DNA from: a virus
DNA length: 64,000 nucleotides
Virus record (IMG/VR): IMGVR_UViG_3300030331_006276
Direction: 5' to 3' (one strand)
Shown: piece after piece, positions 1-10,465 of the stretch
Layout: each line of letters opens with the position of its first letter
How positions within the stretch are numbered: the stretch's first letter is position 1
Made by a program: the position numbers and the translations under genes
Notes under the pieces: model-generated
The model's input: the letters and a program-made list of their open reading frames with translations, nothing else
Told to the model about the DNA's origin: nothing
Database searches by the model: none

Positions 1-3000
1 AATCCCCGCCTGTAGTAGCTCCTGTCGAAATACAATCACTACCTTGCTGAAAACGAATTTGTCCCTGATTACTTGACCCGCCAATTGTTACTAACTGGGT
101 ACCGCTTCTATGAAACTGAGCCAAAGTACCACCGGTAGAATTAACATGCAGTGGCGCTTCTGGTGCTACTGTACCAATACCCACTCTACCATTAAAATAA
201 TTAAAGGCGGAGCCTGTTGCACTTAATCCTCCATTAGCGCTTATATTACCTGAGACAGTAAGTTTTTCTCCAGGCGCTGAAGTACCAATACCAACTTTAT
301 CTGCTGAACCGTCAACAAACAATGCATGTGTATCTGCATCACCTTCAACTCTGAAGTCGTTGGGATTGCCATTGTCATTAATTATGATACCGCCGTTACA
401 CGCACGTATATGCTCTTCACCTCCTGTGCTTACTACGGCTATATCATTAGCTAGTTGTATAAAAGTATTGCTATCACCATCATGTATAATTTTATTTGCT
501 ACGCATATATCATCACTAAAAGTTTTTGCACCCGCAATACATTGTGTACCACTTGTACGAACAACAGTCGAGTCAACACAAACACACGCACAACCAGTGC
601 CATTATTAACAGTAATTCCATCACAACCAACTACGTCAGTAACAGTACCAACATTACTTGTTGTACAAAATATATCTGCTAAATCACGACCAGCTGAAAC
701 TATACCTCTGGTAGTATCAGTTGTATGTAAGCTAGCGCCGCTTAAAGCACCACTAGCGCATATATTACCATCTACAGTAAGTTTTTCAGTAGGCGACTGG
801 TTGCCAATCCCTACATTTGAAGTATCAGAATCTAACGTAAAGAAAAAGTCACTATTATCTCTAGAATAAAATTCAATCTTACCTGGTGTTGAGCCGTCAT
901 CAGGCATATACCATTGTAAAGATCCATTATTAAGCATTAACAACTCATGTCGAGGGTTACCTCCTGTATATGAATCATTTCCTATAGCAAACGCAAATTT
1001 ACCTTGATTCGCTACATTTACTTGTAACCGAGCTTGTGGGCTCGTAGTTCCAATGCCAGTATCACCAGCATCTGTAATTATTGCTCTATTTGTACCACTA
1101 TTATTTTTAAATAAAATACTACCACCTGCGGTACCAGCAGTTACTTGATTAACAACAGCAGCATTACCAACAAGACTTGCTGAAGATTTTATATCACCAA
1201 TAACGTCTAGAGGTTTAGAGGGACTAGTAGTACCAATACCAACATTACAAGCAAAATAACCAACACCGTTTGTAGCACTAAGACCACCACAAGCGCTTAT
1301 GTTACCAGCAACAGTTAGTTTTTGACCTGGTGCTGTATTACCGATACCTACATTACCTCCATTAAAGTATGAAACTCCATTTGTCTCTAGTCTTATAGTC
1401 TCTACTGCAGATGCATTAAAAATAGAAAATCTGGGATGATTGCTATTAAATGCGGAGTCAAGTACCTTACGGTTAGAGTTATCCGTGTTTGTTATAGAAA
1501 ATGGTGACTGACTATTTGTCGACCAGACTTCTAATCTAGATCCATCCAAAGTTCCATCTGCTTCACCGACTAGTAAATTACAATATACATTTGCAGTTGT
1601 AGAGTCGACTTCAATAATATCATTTGTACCAAGAGTCGCGGCTCTACTTATCTTAAAATTATTAGAAGCATCGTCATCAATACCCATGGAGTAATCAGAT
1701 CCACTATCTAATTTAAAATGAAGAAAAGGATCTCCATTACCATTATCAGATTCTATTCTCAATTGAGACTCGCTAGAATTACTACTAACATGAAGAAGGC
1801 TTTCCGGTCTATTTGTCCCGATACCTACATTACAATCAAAATAACCGGCGCCTTCTGTAGCGCTAAGACCACCGCAAGCACTTATGTTACCAGCTACAGT
1901 AAGTTTTTGTCCTGGTGATGAAGTACCGATACCAACTTTATCTGCTGAACCATCAACAAACAATGCATGTGTATCTCCATCTCCTTCAACTCTAAAGTCA
2001 TTTGCATTACCTGGTTGATTAATAATTACACCCGTAGTATCAGCTCTTATAGCCTCTTCACCACCAACACATGTTATTATAAGGTCATCAGAAAATGCTA
2101 TCCTGGTATCAGTATCACCTGTATGGAAAATGCTACCACCTACGCATATACTATCACAAAAGTTTTTAGTACCACCTATAGTTTGCGCACCAGTAGTTCT
2201 TACAACAGTAGAATCAACACATACACATGCACAACCTGTACCATTATTAACTGTAATACCATCACAACCTACAACTTCGGTAACAGTACCTGGATTACTT
2301 GTAGTACAAAATATATCTGCTAAATCGCGGCCGGCTGATACTATACCTCTTGTAGTGTCAGTTGTATGTAAGCTAGTACTGCTTAAAGAACCACTAGCGC
2401 ATATGTTTTGTGATGAGTCAATAGTTAGTGCATTAGTACCATTAGTAGTAAATCCTAAACAATTAGCTCCAACTCTAAACATGCCAGTATCAGTATCATC
2501 ACTAAAGGTATACGATGGTGCAGCTGCACTTCCATTTCTATTGAAAATACCAGTGCCAGCATAAATCTTTAATCCTGTTGATTGAAAGTTGGCGATCCAA
2601 CTCCCCCCTATGGCGACATTCAACTCCCCTGCTGTCCTGTTAAATAAGCCAGTGTCTGTGTCAGAAGAGAAGGTGAGCGACGGGCTACCTGCACTGCCAG
2701 CTGGTATAGTTAAAATATTACCTACACACACATTACCAGTTGTGTGTAAACTAGCACCGCTTAAAGACCCACATGCGCTTATGTTACCAGCAACAGTAAG
2801 TTTTTCGTTTGGATTATTCGTTCCTATACCAACGTCACCAGCTATTTGCAACGATCCTCCTCCTGTATTTACGGCGTTAAAGTCGTAGCCAATACCTAAT
2901 TTACCATTGGAAGGGTTAATGAAATTGACGGCATTTGTGTTAGCATTAAGAAGGATTTTTGAACTCCCACGCTCATATAACCTAAGCGCTCCATCTTCAG

Positions 3001-5968
3001 TGCTTTCAACGGAAAGTTTTGCTGCTAATCTATCGCTCCCGTCATAAAGAGCTAATGCTTTGCTGTCACCTTTCAGTGTTAACAAATCTGGTGGGCTAGT
3101 GCACCCTATACCAACATTACACGAAAAAAGAACATTTCCGTTAGTAGCGCTAAGACCACCATTAGCACTTACGCTTCCAGCTACAGTTAGTTGCGTACTG
3201 CTTTGACAAGCTATGCTGTTACCAATTGTATCTGTATCAGACCAAACTGGTATAAAGTTAGCTGTACCGGTACCATCAACATTACCTGAACTAGTTGCAA
3301 AGATATCAGCTAGATCTCTTCCAGCAGAAACAAAACCTCCATTGGTAGAGTTAGCACTAACAGAACAAGCTTGAACTGCATTACAAGCGCTTATGTTACC
3401 AGCTACTGTAAGCTTTTTATTTGGCGCTGTAGTACCTATACCAACTTTACCGGATGATGGCATTAGTACATTATAGGTTAATTGATTAACTCTAAATAAA
3501 TGAGTACCGTTACCTGCTTCTACTCTTAATCCATCAAAATTACCACTTGAACCACCACCACAAAATACTGCTAAATCTCTATCAATTGTTTTAAGAGCCG
3601 ATACTTGCAAATATGATGACGGTCGGTTTGTGTTAATTCCAACGTTACAAGCGAAAAAATTAGGAGCTTTTGTTGCGCTGAGGCCACCGCACGCACTTAT
3701 GTTACCAGAAACAGTAAGTTTTTGTCCTGGGCTCGTACTACCTATACCTACATTACCATCTCCATTGAAGAACATCTCTCTACGACCATCGGTAGAGTTA
3801 AAAATAGTTAAGCCACCACCTAGATTTCTAAATTCGTATGTATCATCCCCAGCTCTTTGTAAAACAAAACCGTATTGAGTTCCCGAGCCTTCTACTTTTA
3901 CACTACCATCTTTTACATGTAATGATGTAGTTGGACCAGTAGTACCTATACCAACATTGCATGCAAAGAAATTTTTTGCTTCTGAAGCACTAAGGCCACC
4001 GCATGCACTAATATTACCTTTTACAGTAACATTGCTATTAAATGTAGCAGCTCCGCAATTAGACATATCAAGTCTTAAAGCTTCAAAATTTCCAGAAGAA
4101 GCACCACAAAAGACCATGTCCTTATTATTAGATTTGGCATGTATTATTAAATTACAACTATTATTTGTAATTCTTCCATACTCAACACCATTATCTTTAA
4201 GTTTAATATTTCCGCCATCGCCATCGAGAATAATATCACCACCTGCATCTATAGTTAAATCACCTCCGTCAGATATGGTTGAATCATTTAGAGTTATATC
4301 ATCTACTGTTAAAGAACATAAAGTACCTAATGATGTTACACAGGGTTGTGCAGCAGTTTGTAATGTGCCAGTGATATTTGTACCAATAATATTTGTACCT
4401 TGAATATCACCACAAGCAGATATATCACCAACAACAGTAAGTTTTTCATTTGGTGTTGCAGTGCCAATACCAATATTGCCTCCATCAGTTATAGCAATAA
4501 AGCCTCTTTCAATTAATCCGGTATTTAAATAATGACCAAACTTAGCTACATTATTACTTCTATCAAATCTTATAGCAGCATATCTAAAGTTACCATCAAT
4601 TGCTGAAACACCAGCAAGGGAGTATCTATCATTTCCATCTGTGCTAAATGACAGAATATTTCCTACTGCCTGAAGTTGTGCAATACTGGACGGACTCGTT
4701 GTACCAATACCGACTTTACCATTTATAGTAATGCCTGTATCAATAGCTGATATTACACTATCACCTAAAGTATCCGTATCATTCCATTGTGATATCTTAA
4801 ACTTTGTACCCGACCCATCAACATTACCTGAGCTTGTAGCAAAGATGTCTGCTAAATCTCTTCCAGCGGAAACAAAACCATTGTGTGTTGATCTAGCACT
4901 AAGACCATCGAAAGCAGTAATACCGCGAGATGTAGTTATATTATTAGAAAATGTTTTAATACCACCTATAGTTTGTGTACCAGTAGTTCGAACTACAGAA
5001 CTATTAACACCAACGGTATTTGCATTTACAGTTATACCGTCACCAAAACCAACACCAAGGGAAACATCACCTGTACTTCCTCCTCCAGTTAACCCCGGTC
5101 CAGCAGTAACGCTAGTTATATCACCAATATTAGTTGTAAATATATCTGCAAGATCTCGACCAGCTGAAACAATACCATTATTTGTTGATGTTGCACTTAT
5201 TGAATTACCTACTAAAGTATTACTGCAAACTGAAGTTGTACCACATATAGCAGGGCTACAAACTGAAGTTGTACCGCATATAGCAGGACCACAAATTGCA
5301 GTTGTACCACATATAGCAGGACTACAAACTGAAGTTGTACCACATATAGCTGGACTACAAATTGCAACACTTGCGCTTAAAGACCCTGTGGTTCTAGTCA
5401 TATTAGAACCACCACTTAGTAAACTATCAGTTAGAACTGTAGATCCTGACCATGCTGGTATAAAGTTTGTAGTACCTGATCCACATACACTTCCAGAGGA
5501 AGCAGTAGTTACAAATATATCTGCAAGATCTCGACCAGCTGAAACAATACCATTATTTGTTGATGTGGCACTTAATGATAGACCTTTAATAAAACCTGTA
5601 GAACTTACATTACCAGCAATAGTAAGCTTTTCATTTGGTAATGCAGTATTAATACCTAAATTACCACTATCTGCAAAATTTATTACTCCCCCCTCTTGAT
5701 CAACAAATTCTGCGATAGGTTGATTTGCACCTTTTTGTCTTACATATAAAGCTGGTCCAGTACCATTATTAATAACTGACAGAGCAGAAGTCGACGTTAC
5801 AATAGTTTTCGTAAATGTGGCAGATGTTGCTTCAAACTCTGTTGCAGTTAATTTAGTAAACGTTGCGTTAGTACCAGTAAGAGCATTCAAGAAAGCATTA
5901 CCACCCACAGACAAATCCTGTGTGATAGTTGCACCATTCTTTACCTTAAAATCTTTGTTTAATGCCAT
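1..5968 (-). CDS. Long modular tail fibre/adhesin protein (>=1,989 aa, runs off window start; absent from ORF track)
   Basis: ATG at 5968 (MALNKDFKVKNG...). Same frame open at all points checked (5702, 4802, 3302, 1982, 362, 2). Repeated GNVGIGTxxPxxKLTVxGNISA and 6x SAGRDLADIF motifs. Late promoter ATAAATA at 5998-6004. Not every codon was checked. Confidence 0.85.
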   Translation of the reverse strand, partial: MALNKDFKVKNGATITQDLSVGGNAFLNALTGTNATFTKLTATEFEATSATFTKTIVTSTSALSVINNGTGPALYVRQKGANQPIAEFVDQEGGVINFADSGNLGINTALPNEKLTIAGNVSSTGFIKGLSLSATSTNNGIVSAGRDLADIFVTTASSGSVCGSGTTNFIPAWSGSTVLTDSLLSGGSNMTRTTGSLSASVAICSPAICGTTSVCSPAICGTTAICGPAICGTTSVCSPAICGTTSVCSNTLVGNSISATSTNNGIVSAGRDLADIFTTNIGDITSVTAGPGLTGGGSTGDVSLGVGFGDGITVNANTVGVNSSVVRTTGTQTIGGIKTFSNNITTSRGITAFDGLSARSTHNGFVSAGRDLADIFATSSGNVDGSGTKFKISQWNDTDTLGDSVISAIDTGITINGKVGIGTTSPSSIAQLQAVGNILSFSTDGNDRYSLAGVSAIDGNFRYAAIRFDRSNNVAKFGHYLNTGLIERGFIAITDGGNIGIGTATPNEKLTVVGDISACGDIQGTNIIGTNITGTLQTAAQPCVTSLGTLCSLTVDDITLNDSTISDGGDLTIDAGGDIILDGDGGNIKLKDNGVEYGRITNNSCNLIIHAKSNNKDMVFCGASSGNFEALRLDMSNCGAATFNSNVTVKGNISACGGLSASEAKNFFACNVGIGTTGPTTSLHVKDGSVKVEGSGTQYGFVLQRAGDDTYEFRNLGGGLTIFNSTDGRREMFFNGDGNVGIGSTSPGQKLTVSGNISACGGLSATKAPNFFACNVGINTNRPSSYLQVSALKTIDRDLAVFCGGGSSGNFDGLRVEAGNGTHLFRVNQLTYNVLMPSSGKVGIGTTAPNKKLTVAGNISACNAVQACSVSANSTNGGFVSAGRDLADIFATSSGNVDGTGTANFIPVWSDTDTIGNSIACQSSTQLTVAGSVSANGGLSATNGNVLFSCNVGIGCTSPPDLLTLKGDSKALALYDGSDRLAAKLSVESTEDGALRLYERGSSKILLNANTNAVNFINPSNGKLGIGYDFNAVNTGGGSLQIAGDVGIGTNNPNEKLTVAGNISACGSLSGASLHTTGNVCVGNILTIPAGSAGSPSLTFSSDTDTGLFNRTAGELNVAIGGSWIANFQSTGLKIYAGTGIFNRNGSAAAPSYTFSDDTDTGMFRVGANCLGFTTNGTNALTIDSSQNICASGSLSSTSLHTTDTTRGIVSAGRDLADIFCTTSNPGTVTEVVGCDGITVNNGTGCACVCVDSTVVRTTGAQTIGGTKNFCDSICVGGSIFHTGDTDTRIAFSDDLIITCVGGEEAIRADTTGVIINQPGNANDFRVEGDGDTHALFVDGSADKVGIGTSSPGQKLTVAGNISACGGLSATEGAGYFDCNVGIGTNRPESLLHVSSNSSESQLRIESDNGNGDPFLHFKLDSGSDYSMGIDDDASNNFKISRAATLGTNDIIEVDSTTANVYCNLLVGEADGTLDGSRLEVWSTNSQSPFSITNTDNSNRKVLDSAFNSNHPRFSIFNASAVETIRLETNGVSYFNGGNVGIGNTAPGQKLTVAGNISACGGLSATNGVGYFACNVGIGTTSPSKPLDVIGDIKSSASLVGNAAVVNQVTAGTAGGSILFKNNSGTNRAIITDAGDTGIGTTSPQARLQVNVANQGKFAFAIGNDSYTGGNPRHELLMLNNGSLQWYMPDDGSTPGKIEFYSRDNSDFFFTLDSDTSNVGIGNQSPTEKLTVDGNICASGALSGASLHTTDTTRGIVSAGRDLADIFCTTSNVGTVTDVVGCDGITVNNGTGCACVCVDSTVVRTSGTQCIAGAKTFSDDICVANKIIHDGDSNTFIQLANDIAVVSTGGEEHIRACNGGIIINDNGNPNDFRVEGDADTHALFVDGSADKVGIGTSAPGEKLTVSGNISANGGLSATGSAFNYFNGRVGIGTVAPEAPLHVNSTGGTLAQFHRSGTQLVTIGGSSNQGQIRFQQGSDCISTGATTGGD
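5226..5368. repeat. 33-bp tandem repeat, ~4.3 copies, coding SPAICGTTSVC
   Basis: Units start at 5226, 5259, 5292, 5325 and 5358 (partial). Confidence 0.95.
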
Positions 5969-5971
5969 ATC

Positions 5972-5993
5972 TACGAGTTCACTTTCCCCCGTA
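5972..5993 (-). promoter_or_regulatory. 5'UTR hairpin TACGGG-GGAAAGTGAA-CTCGTA
   Basis: 6-bp stem (one G-U) lying between the late promoter and the tail-fibre ATG. Confidence 0.45.
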
Positions 5994-6017
5994 AATATAT
6001 TTATGTTGCGTTATGAT

Positions 6018-6701
6018 TTAATAATGCGCAACACCATATATTGTTACAGTACAATTGGCTGTTGTTGTAATAACAAGATCTATTGTTGAAGAAATAGCTG
6101 TTGTTACTTCAGAAAGAAGAGATGTAGCTTGCGCATCCACTATACCATACGTCGTACCATCAGCTACACTTGCTCCATCATGTGTTACTAATATTTCAAA
6201 AGCTGTTCGCGCAGGTGTATTATTTGAAAGAGTAACTATGTATTTAGCAGTTTTAAAATCTGTTTTATTAAATGTATTTACAGTATTGACTCCAGTAGAT
6301 AAAGGACCTGTAAATACACTTGTCTTTGAAAAAACAATATTATTTGCTGCATATTCAATAATATCCCCCCTTACAATTAAATCACCACTAACTTCATTAT
6401 TATTAAAGGTAAAATCTTCCCCTGCGGTCATTTCATCCCACGTTGCATTACCGTCTCCTGTCGTCTTTAAAAAAAGACCTGCGGGCTGATTACTTGATTT
6501 TATATCAACACCCTCAACATGAACTTGCGAACTTGATAGTATATTACCGTTCCAAGAACCAAAGTAATCAACTGCAGAAACACTACCAGATAAAACACTT
6601 ATATTACCGGCTACAGTTAGTTTTTCGTCAGGAATAATTCCTAAACCAACATTACCTTCAAAATAACTTCTTCCGTCGTATGTTCTTATGGGCTTAGCCA
6701 T
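6018..6701 (-). CDS. Virion structural/tail-associated protein
   Basis: GNVGLG...EKLTVAGNIS fibre motif. C-terminal TAKYIVTL...FEILVTHDG...TTYG resembles a domain of marine T4-like structural proteins. Confidence 0.65.
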   Translation of the reverse strand: MAKPIRTYDGRSYFEGNVGLGIIPDEKLTVAGNISVLSGSVSAVDYFGSWNGNILSSSQVHVEGVDIKSSNQPAGLFLKTTGDGNATWDEMTAGEDFTFNNNEVSGDLIVRGDIIEYAANNIVFSKTSVFTGPLSTGVNTVNTFNKTDFKTAKYIVTLSNNTPARTAFEILVTHDGASVADGTTYGIVDAQATSLLSEVTTAISSTIDLVITTTANCTVTIYGVAHY

Positions 6702-7477
6702 TAAACATATTTAATCGGTATGCCTGATCTCTCAACAAATCCTCGTTGTTTGATATATGATGAGCTTGAAACTGCTAGATCGGCGCGTTTATCAGCAATA
6801 GGTCCAACTCGTGGCATATTTGGATTACCGTAAAAATGATAAACATACAATATATCACTAATATGTTTAACAGCAGAATAATCACCATCTCTTTGTCTTA
6901 GTTTATATAATAATGGTAAAATATAAGCGTGGTCAGTTCCCATTTGAAACCATTTATTATCATGATCTAAAAAATTAGCTTTAGGAATTGATAAAAGAGC
7001 TTTTACTTTAAAGGTTGACATATGGCTAGTAATCCAATCATCTTTATATGGATCCCAATCTTTTGAAGGTATAGATTTCGAAATACCAGGTTTATCATCA
7101 CTAGATAATCTATAGTTTGAATAAACGTATTCTAATTTTGGATTTTCATCATATGTCTTTTTTACAATAGATAGAGCGTCTTTTTTAGCTAACCAATCAT
7201 CACTATCAACTGCGCAAATAATATCTTCCGGATCTTTACTACAAGCATGATCAACAATATTTTTTAATCTATAATTTCGTGTTTCATTTTGAATTATTTT
7301 AATATATGAATTGCGATCTTTACACTTGTTTAATATATCTACAGTTTCTTGATCCGACATATCATCAACGATTATATGACTATCAGGTTGTAGCGTTTGT
7401 CTTTCAACGCTATCGATACAATTTAGAAGAAATGGACCGGGATTTCTCCCTGGAGATATAACATGTATCTTACTCAT
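6701..7477 (-). CDS. Glycosyltransferase family 2
   Basis: IIVDDMS, NYRLKNI, AVDSDDWL (DxD), GTDH motifs. Confidence 0.85.
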   Translation of the reverse strand: MSKIHVISPGRNPGPFLLNCIDSVERQTLQPDSHIIVDDMSDQETVDILNKCKDRNSYIKIIQNETRNYRLKNIVDHACSKDPEDIICAVDSDDWLAKKDALSIVKKTYDENPKLEYVYSNYRLSSDDKPGISKSIPSKDWDPYKDDWITSHMSTFKVKALLSIPKANFLDHDNKWFQMGTDHAYILPLLYKLRQRDGDYSAVKHISDILYVYHFYGNPNMPRVGPIADKRADLAVSSSSYIKQRGFVERSGIPIKYV

Positions 7478-8403
7478 TATTGTTTAGGAGTCTTAATATG
7501 AGGTACATCAACCATACTTAAAGTATGATGCATAAGTCTTTCATGTGATACTCTTTCAGGGTTAATATCAAGACCACCTCTACGAGCATATAGACAACGA
7601 ACAGCTAATTCATCAGGACTAATTGTATCCATAAGCCTTTTATAAATAGCTTCACAAATTTCTTCATGAAAATGACATTCATCTCTAAATGAAACGATAT
7701 ATTGCAATAACGAGATAGGATCAACAGTATTTTTACCTTTCATATAGATATAAACATCACCCCAATCAGGTTGCGAAGTTACCCTACAGTTTGACTTTAG
7801 CAATGAACTATGATAATAAACCTCTTCAGAAGGTGCATCTTCAATCTCTACTAGTAAATCAGGATCTTCTTGATATACAGAAAACTCAATATCTTCTACA
7901 GGATAATCATCTTCAAGAGTAATATACTTAGGGTGATTCCATTCTGCCTTAGCAGAAAAAATATTCGTATCACTAAGAACGTATTCGTTAGAATGAACTT
8001 TAACTTGAACTTCTGTTTCTAGATATTTACTTAAATCACTAGCAGCGCGCTTACTAATTTCTTGTCTAACTTCTTCAGCAGTATCGCCAAGTTTAGTCAT
8101 ATTAAAAGAGTTAAAATATAACTTAATAGATTTAGACTCAACAATATATTTACTAGAGCAAGGATAAACGCATTTAGCAACTCCTGTTACAGGAAGACCG
8201 TGATTAGTTAAAGCAGATACTTCATACGCATTCCAAGTATCATAACCTAAGAAAGGTAGTTGATCGTCATCAATATTAAGATGAGTTCTATTAGACTGAC
8301 GAGGCTCTCTAACTAAGAGTTTAGGATCGTAAGTAGATTTATATTTAGAAATAGCACCTAGATGCTTACTAATATTACTATTATCAAGAATTGCGTTAGC
8401 CAT
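7477..8403 (-). CDS. queF: NADPH-dependent 7-cyano-7-deazaguanine (preQ0) reductase, bimodular type
   Basis: DTWNAYEVS, IVESKSIKLYFNSFN, LLKSNCRVTSQPDWG, FHEEICE, YARRGGLDINP. Start taken at MANAI. Confidence 0.93.
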   Translation of the reverse strand: MANAILDNSNISKHLGAISKYKSTYDPKLLVREPRQSNRTHLNIDDDQLPFLGYDTWNAYEVSALTNHGLPVTGVAKCVYPCSSKYIVESKSIKLYFNSFNMTKLGDTAEEVRQEISKRAASDLSKYLETEVQVKVHSNEYVLSDTNIFSAKAEWNHPKYITLEDDYPVEDIEFSVYQEDPDLLVEIEDAPSEEVYYHSSLLKSNCRVTSQPDWGDVYIYMKGKNTVDPISLLQYIVSFRDECHFHEEICEAIYKRLMDTISPDELAVRCLYARRGGLDINPERVSHERLMHHTLSMVDVPHIKTPKQ

Positions 8404-8404
8404 A

Positions 8405-9001
8405 TTAAATTTTAATATCAAGGTTTAGTTTATCAAGAGTACTCTTAATAGTTTCTAATCTTTCTTTAACAGAACCTTCCAAGTATACTACTCGAGGTCC
8501 TTTCTCAATAATACTATACTGCAAGTACATATCAAAAAGACCAATAATATCTTCTCTAAAATGCTTATCGATACTTCTTTCTCCATCATCTACTAACTCA
8601 ACATCATCAGGACTAGTATAAAAAATAACATCATACTCGTTCCTAAGCTTTCTATAGATAAGATCACATGCATCGTAAGTAGTTCTATTTATCTTTCCTT
8701 TATCTAAAAGATAATGACTATAAACTATACCGTCTAAAGCGCATCTATCTAATATTTTATTAACACTTCTTATTAAATTATCCGTTCTACCTTTATAGAT
8801 ATTACGAATATGCTCAGTCATAATTAACATCTGAGTCATATCATCCCCACCTTCATTAATAGGAACTTCGTATTCACGCTTTACTAATCTAGTTACTTCG
8901 GGAATAAATTCAAAAGAATGACTACCTAAATTTTTACACTTTAAATGCTCAAGTAAAGTAGTTTTACCCGTACTTTGAGCTCCAGTAAACGAAAAGATCA
9001 T
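8405..9001 (-). CDS. P-loop nucleotide kinase-like ATPase (AAA_28/dNMP kinase-like)
   Basis: N-terminal GAQSTGKTT Walker A; LDRCALDG; DDGERS. Confidence 0.75.
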   Translation of the reverse strand: MIFSFTGAQSTGKTTLLEHLKCKNLGSHSFEFIPEVTRLVKREYEVPINEGGDDMTQMLIMTEHIRNIYKGRTDNLIRSVNKILDRCALDGIVYSHYLLDKGKINRTTYDACDLIYRKLRNEYDVIFYTSPDDVELVDDGERSIDKHFREDIIGLFDMYLQYSIIEKGPRVVYLEGSVKERLETIKSTLDKLNLDIKI

Positions 9002-9561
9002 ATAGTATTATATAAACGTTCCTTTAAAAAACTATACCAAGCATTTAATGATGTTTTTCTTAATGCATTGTACGTATCATCTAACGTTAAAATACTAGCA
9101 GTTGAAGTCTCACATACTGTCTCTACATTACCGGCATCTACTTCTTCTACAACTTTATGAACTACACTACCAACTTTATAGTACTTATGAAGATCGTCCC
9201 ACGCTCTTTTCTGCGGATCTTTTCCTTTTAGTTCTGGATACTTAGTAATAAGACCTGGATGACCATTATAGATATTATATCTTTCGCATTTATCTGGAGG
9301 GACTATTCTTAACCAACCATTAAGAGTTATAATAGTAGGTTCTATATCATCTACTACTTCGTCTAAAATATCTAAAGTTTTACTATCTTTACCAAAAGTA
9401 GTAAGCCATTTATATTCAACTCCTTTCAATATATTTTGAATTTTGCTAGGATGATTATTCGAAATAATTAAATCAGGTTTTCGTTGTATCTGTTCAGATA
9501 TATCTATGATCTCTTGACCAGTTTGAGAAAACAATGCTATCCATTTATTATATTTTTTCAT
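8998..9561 (-). CDS. PurN-like formyltransferase; candidate DpdN (dPreQ1 formyltransferase)
   Basis: GWLRIV, YNGHPGL, GSVVHKVVEEVDAG catalytic motifs; same operon as queF. Confidence 0.75.
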   Translation of the reverse strand: MKKYNKWIALFSQTGQEIIDISEQIQRKPDLIISNNHPSKIQNILKGVEYKWLTTFGKDSKTLDILDEVVDDIEPTIITLNGWLRIVPPDKCERYNIYNGHPGLITKYPELKGKDPQKRAWDDLHKYYKVGSVVHKVVEEVDAGNVETVCETSTASILTLDDTYNALRKTSLNAWYSFLKERLYNTI

Positions 9562-9562
9562 A

Positions 9563-9745
9563 TTATCTATTCTTAAATATCCATCTATCTACCCAGAAGA
9601 AAATATTAGCACCTACAAACTGAAAAGCAATAACACTAGTAGCAATACTCCAATTTAAATAGTCTTGAAAAAACCAAAGACAGGGATAGCAAATTATAAA
9701 ACCTAATTGCCATCTTATATTGTACTTAAGATATCTTTTTAGCAT
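9563..9745 (-). CDS. Small membrane protein (GtrA-like?)
   Basis: Two hydrophobic segments; ends FFWVDRWIFK. Confidence 0.45.
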   Translation of the reverse strand: MLKRYLKYNIRWQLGFIICYPCLWFFQDYLNWSIATSVIAFQFVGANIFFWVDRWIFKNR

Positions 9746-10126
9746 CTATAGGTATTTTAACGCCGTAAAGTTAATAAGCAAGTGGATAGTATTATCACAT
9801 GCAACTAAAAGCCATAAGGATAACCATTGCGGGACGTCTTTATGATACCCCGTCTCTTTACAATCTTCCCATTTATGCCAATACTTTTTAGGAGCTAATC
9901 GACTCTTAGCAAAGACTACATAGCGCGCTAATCTAAACCGATCAATAAAAAAATGAGTAACGCATATAACTGCAAATGCTTCAGCAGAGGGACATAGAAT
10001 TAAAAACGGTAACGAGTAAGTAACAGCATGTGCTGCAGCGGCTTTACTGCATTTCGTTTTATTGAGGGCCATCCAGTCGCTTTGAAGAAGATAGTCACCA
10101 ATTAGATGTAATATCAATTGGAGCAT
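9746..10126 (-). CDS. DUF3307-like membrane protein
   Basis: HLIGDYLLQSDWMA...H...THFFID pattern. Confidence 0.75.
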   Translation of the reverse strand: MLQLILHLIGDYLLQSDWMALNKTKCSKAAAAHAVTYSLPFLILCPSAEAFAVICVTHFFIDRFRLARYVVFAKSRLAPKKYWHKWEDCKETGYHKDVPQWLSLWLLVACDNTIHLLINFTALKYL

Positions 10127-10183
10127 TTATTTATTATTTTATACTCATACATCTAATTTTCAAGGTCTTTATTAAATAATTTT

Positions 10184-10465
10184 GTGGATGATTTTTTTAA
10201 ATTAGTTACCGAGGTAGGCTTTCCAATAGCTGGCGCTGTTGTATGTGGAACTTTTGTATTTATTATTCTTAAATTTATACTTAGTGAGATAACAAGCTCA
10301 GTTAAAGGCCTTGGTGGAATGATAAAATCATTAGAAAATAGAGTACAAACTATGAATAATGATATAGTTAAAATAGATACATTAGTTTCTTATGCTTTTA
10401 ATAAACACCCTAATTTAGATAGATTAGCTGCAAATGAAGGAAAGGAGGACGCAAGGAAAGACTAA
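10184..10465 (+). CDS. YvrJ-like small membrane protein (paralogue 1)
   Basis: LVTEVGFPIA + TM + coiled coil ending MNNDIVKIDT. Confidence 0.65.
   Translation: MDDFFKLVTEVGFPIAGAVVCGTFVFIILKFILSEITSSVKGLGGMIKSLENRVQTMNNDIVKIDTLVSYAFNKHPNLDRLAANEGKEDARKD

Noticed and set aside
5226-5368. CRISPR array
   Set aside because: Contiguous in-frame coding repeats without spacers. The 39-bp pair at 29724 has only two units. No cas operon is present; the Cas4-like nuclease stands alone.
360-5699. Plus-strand ORFs in the track (360..869, 2130..2564, 4731..5699 and others)
   Set aside because: They are antisense shadows of the single minus-strand fibre gene, which the track omits because its stop lies outside the window.
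8998-9561. Plain purine-biosynthesis AMG purN
   Set aside because: Not excluded, but the operon context with queF and a DpdA-like gene favours a DNA-modification role.
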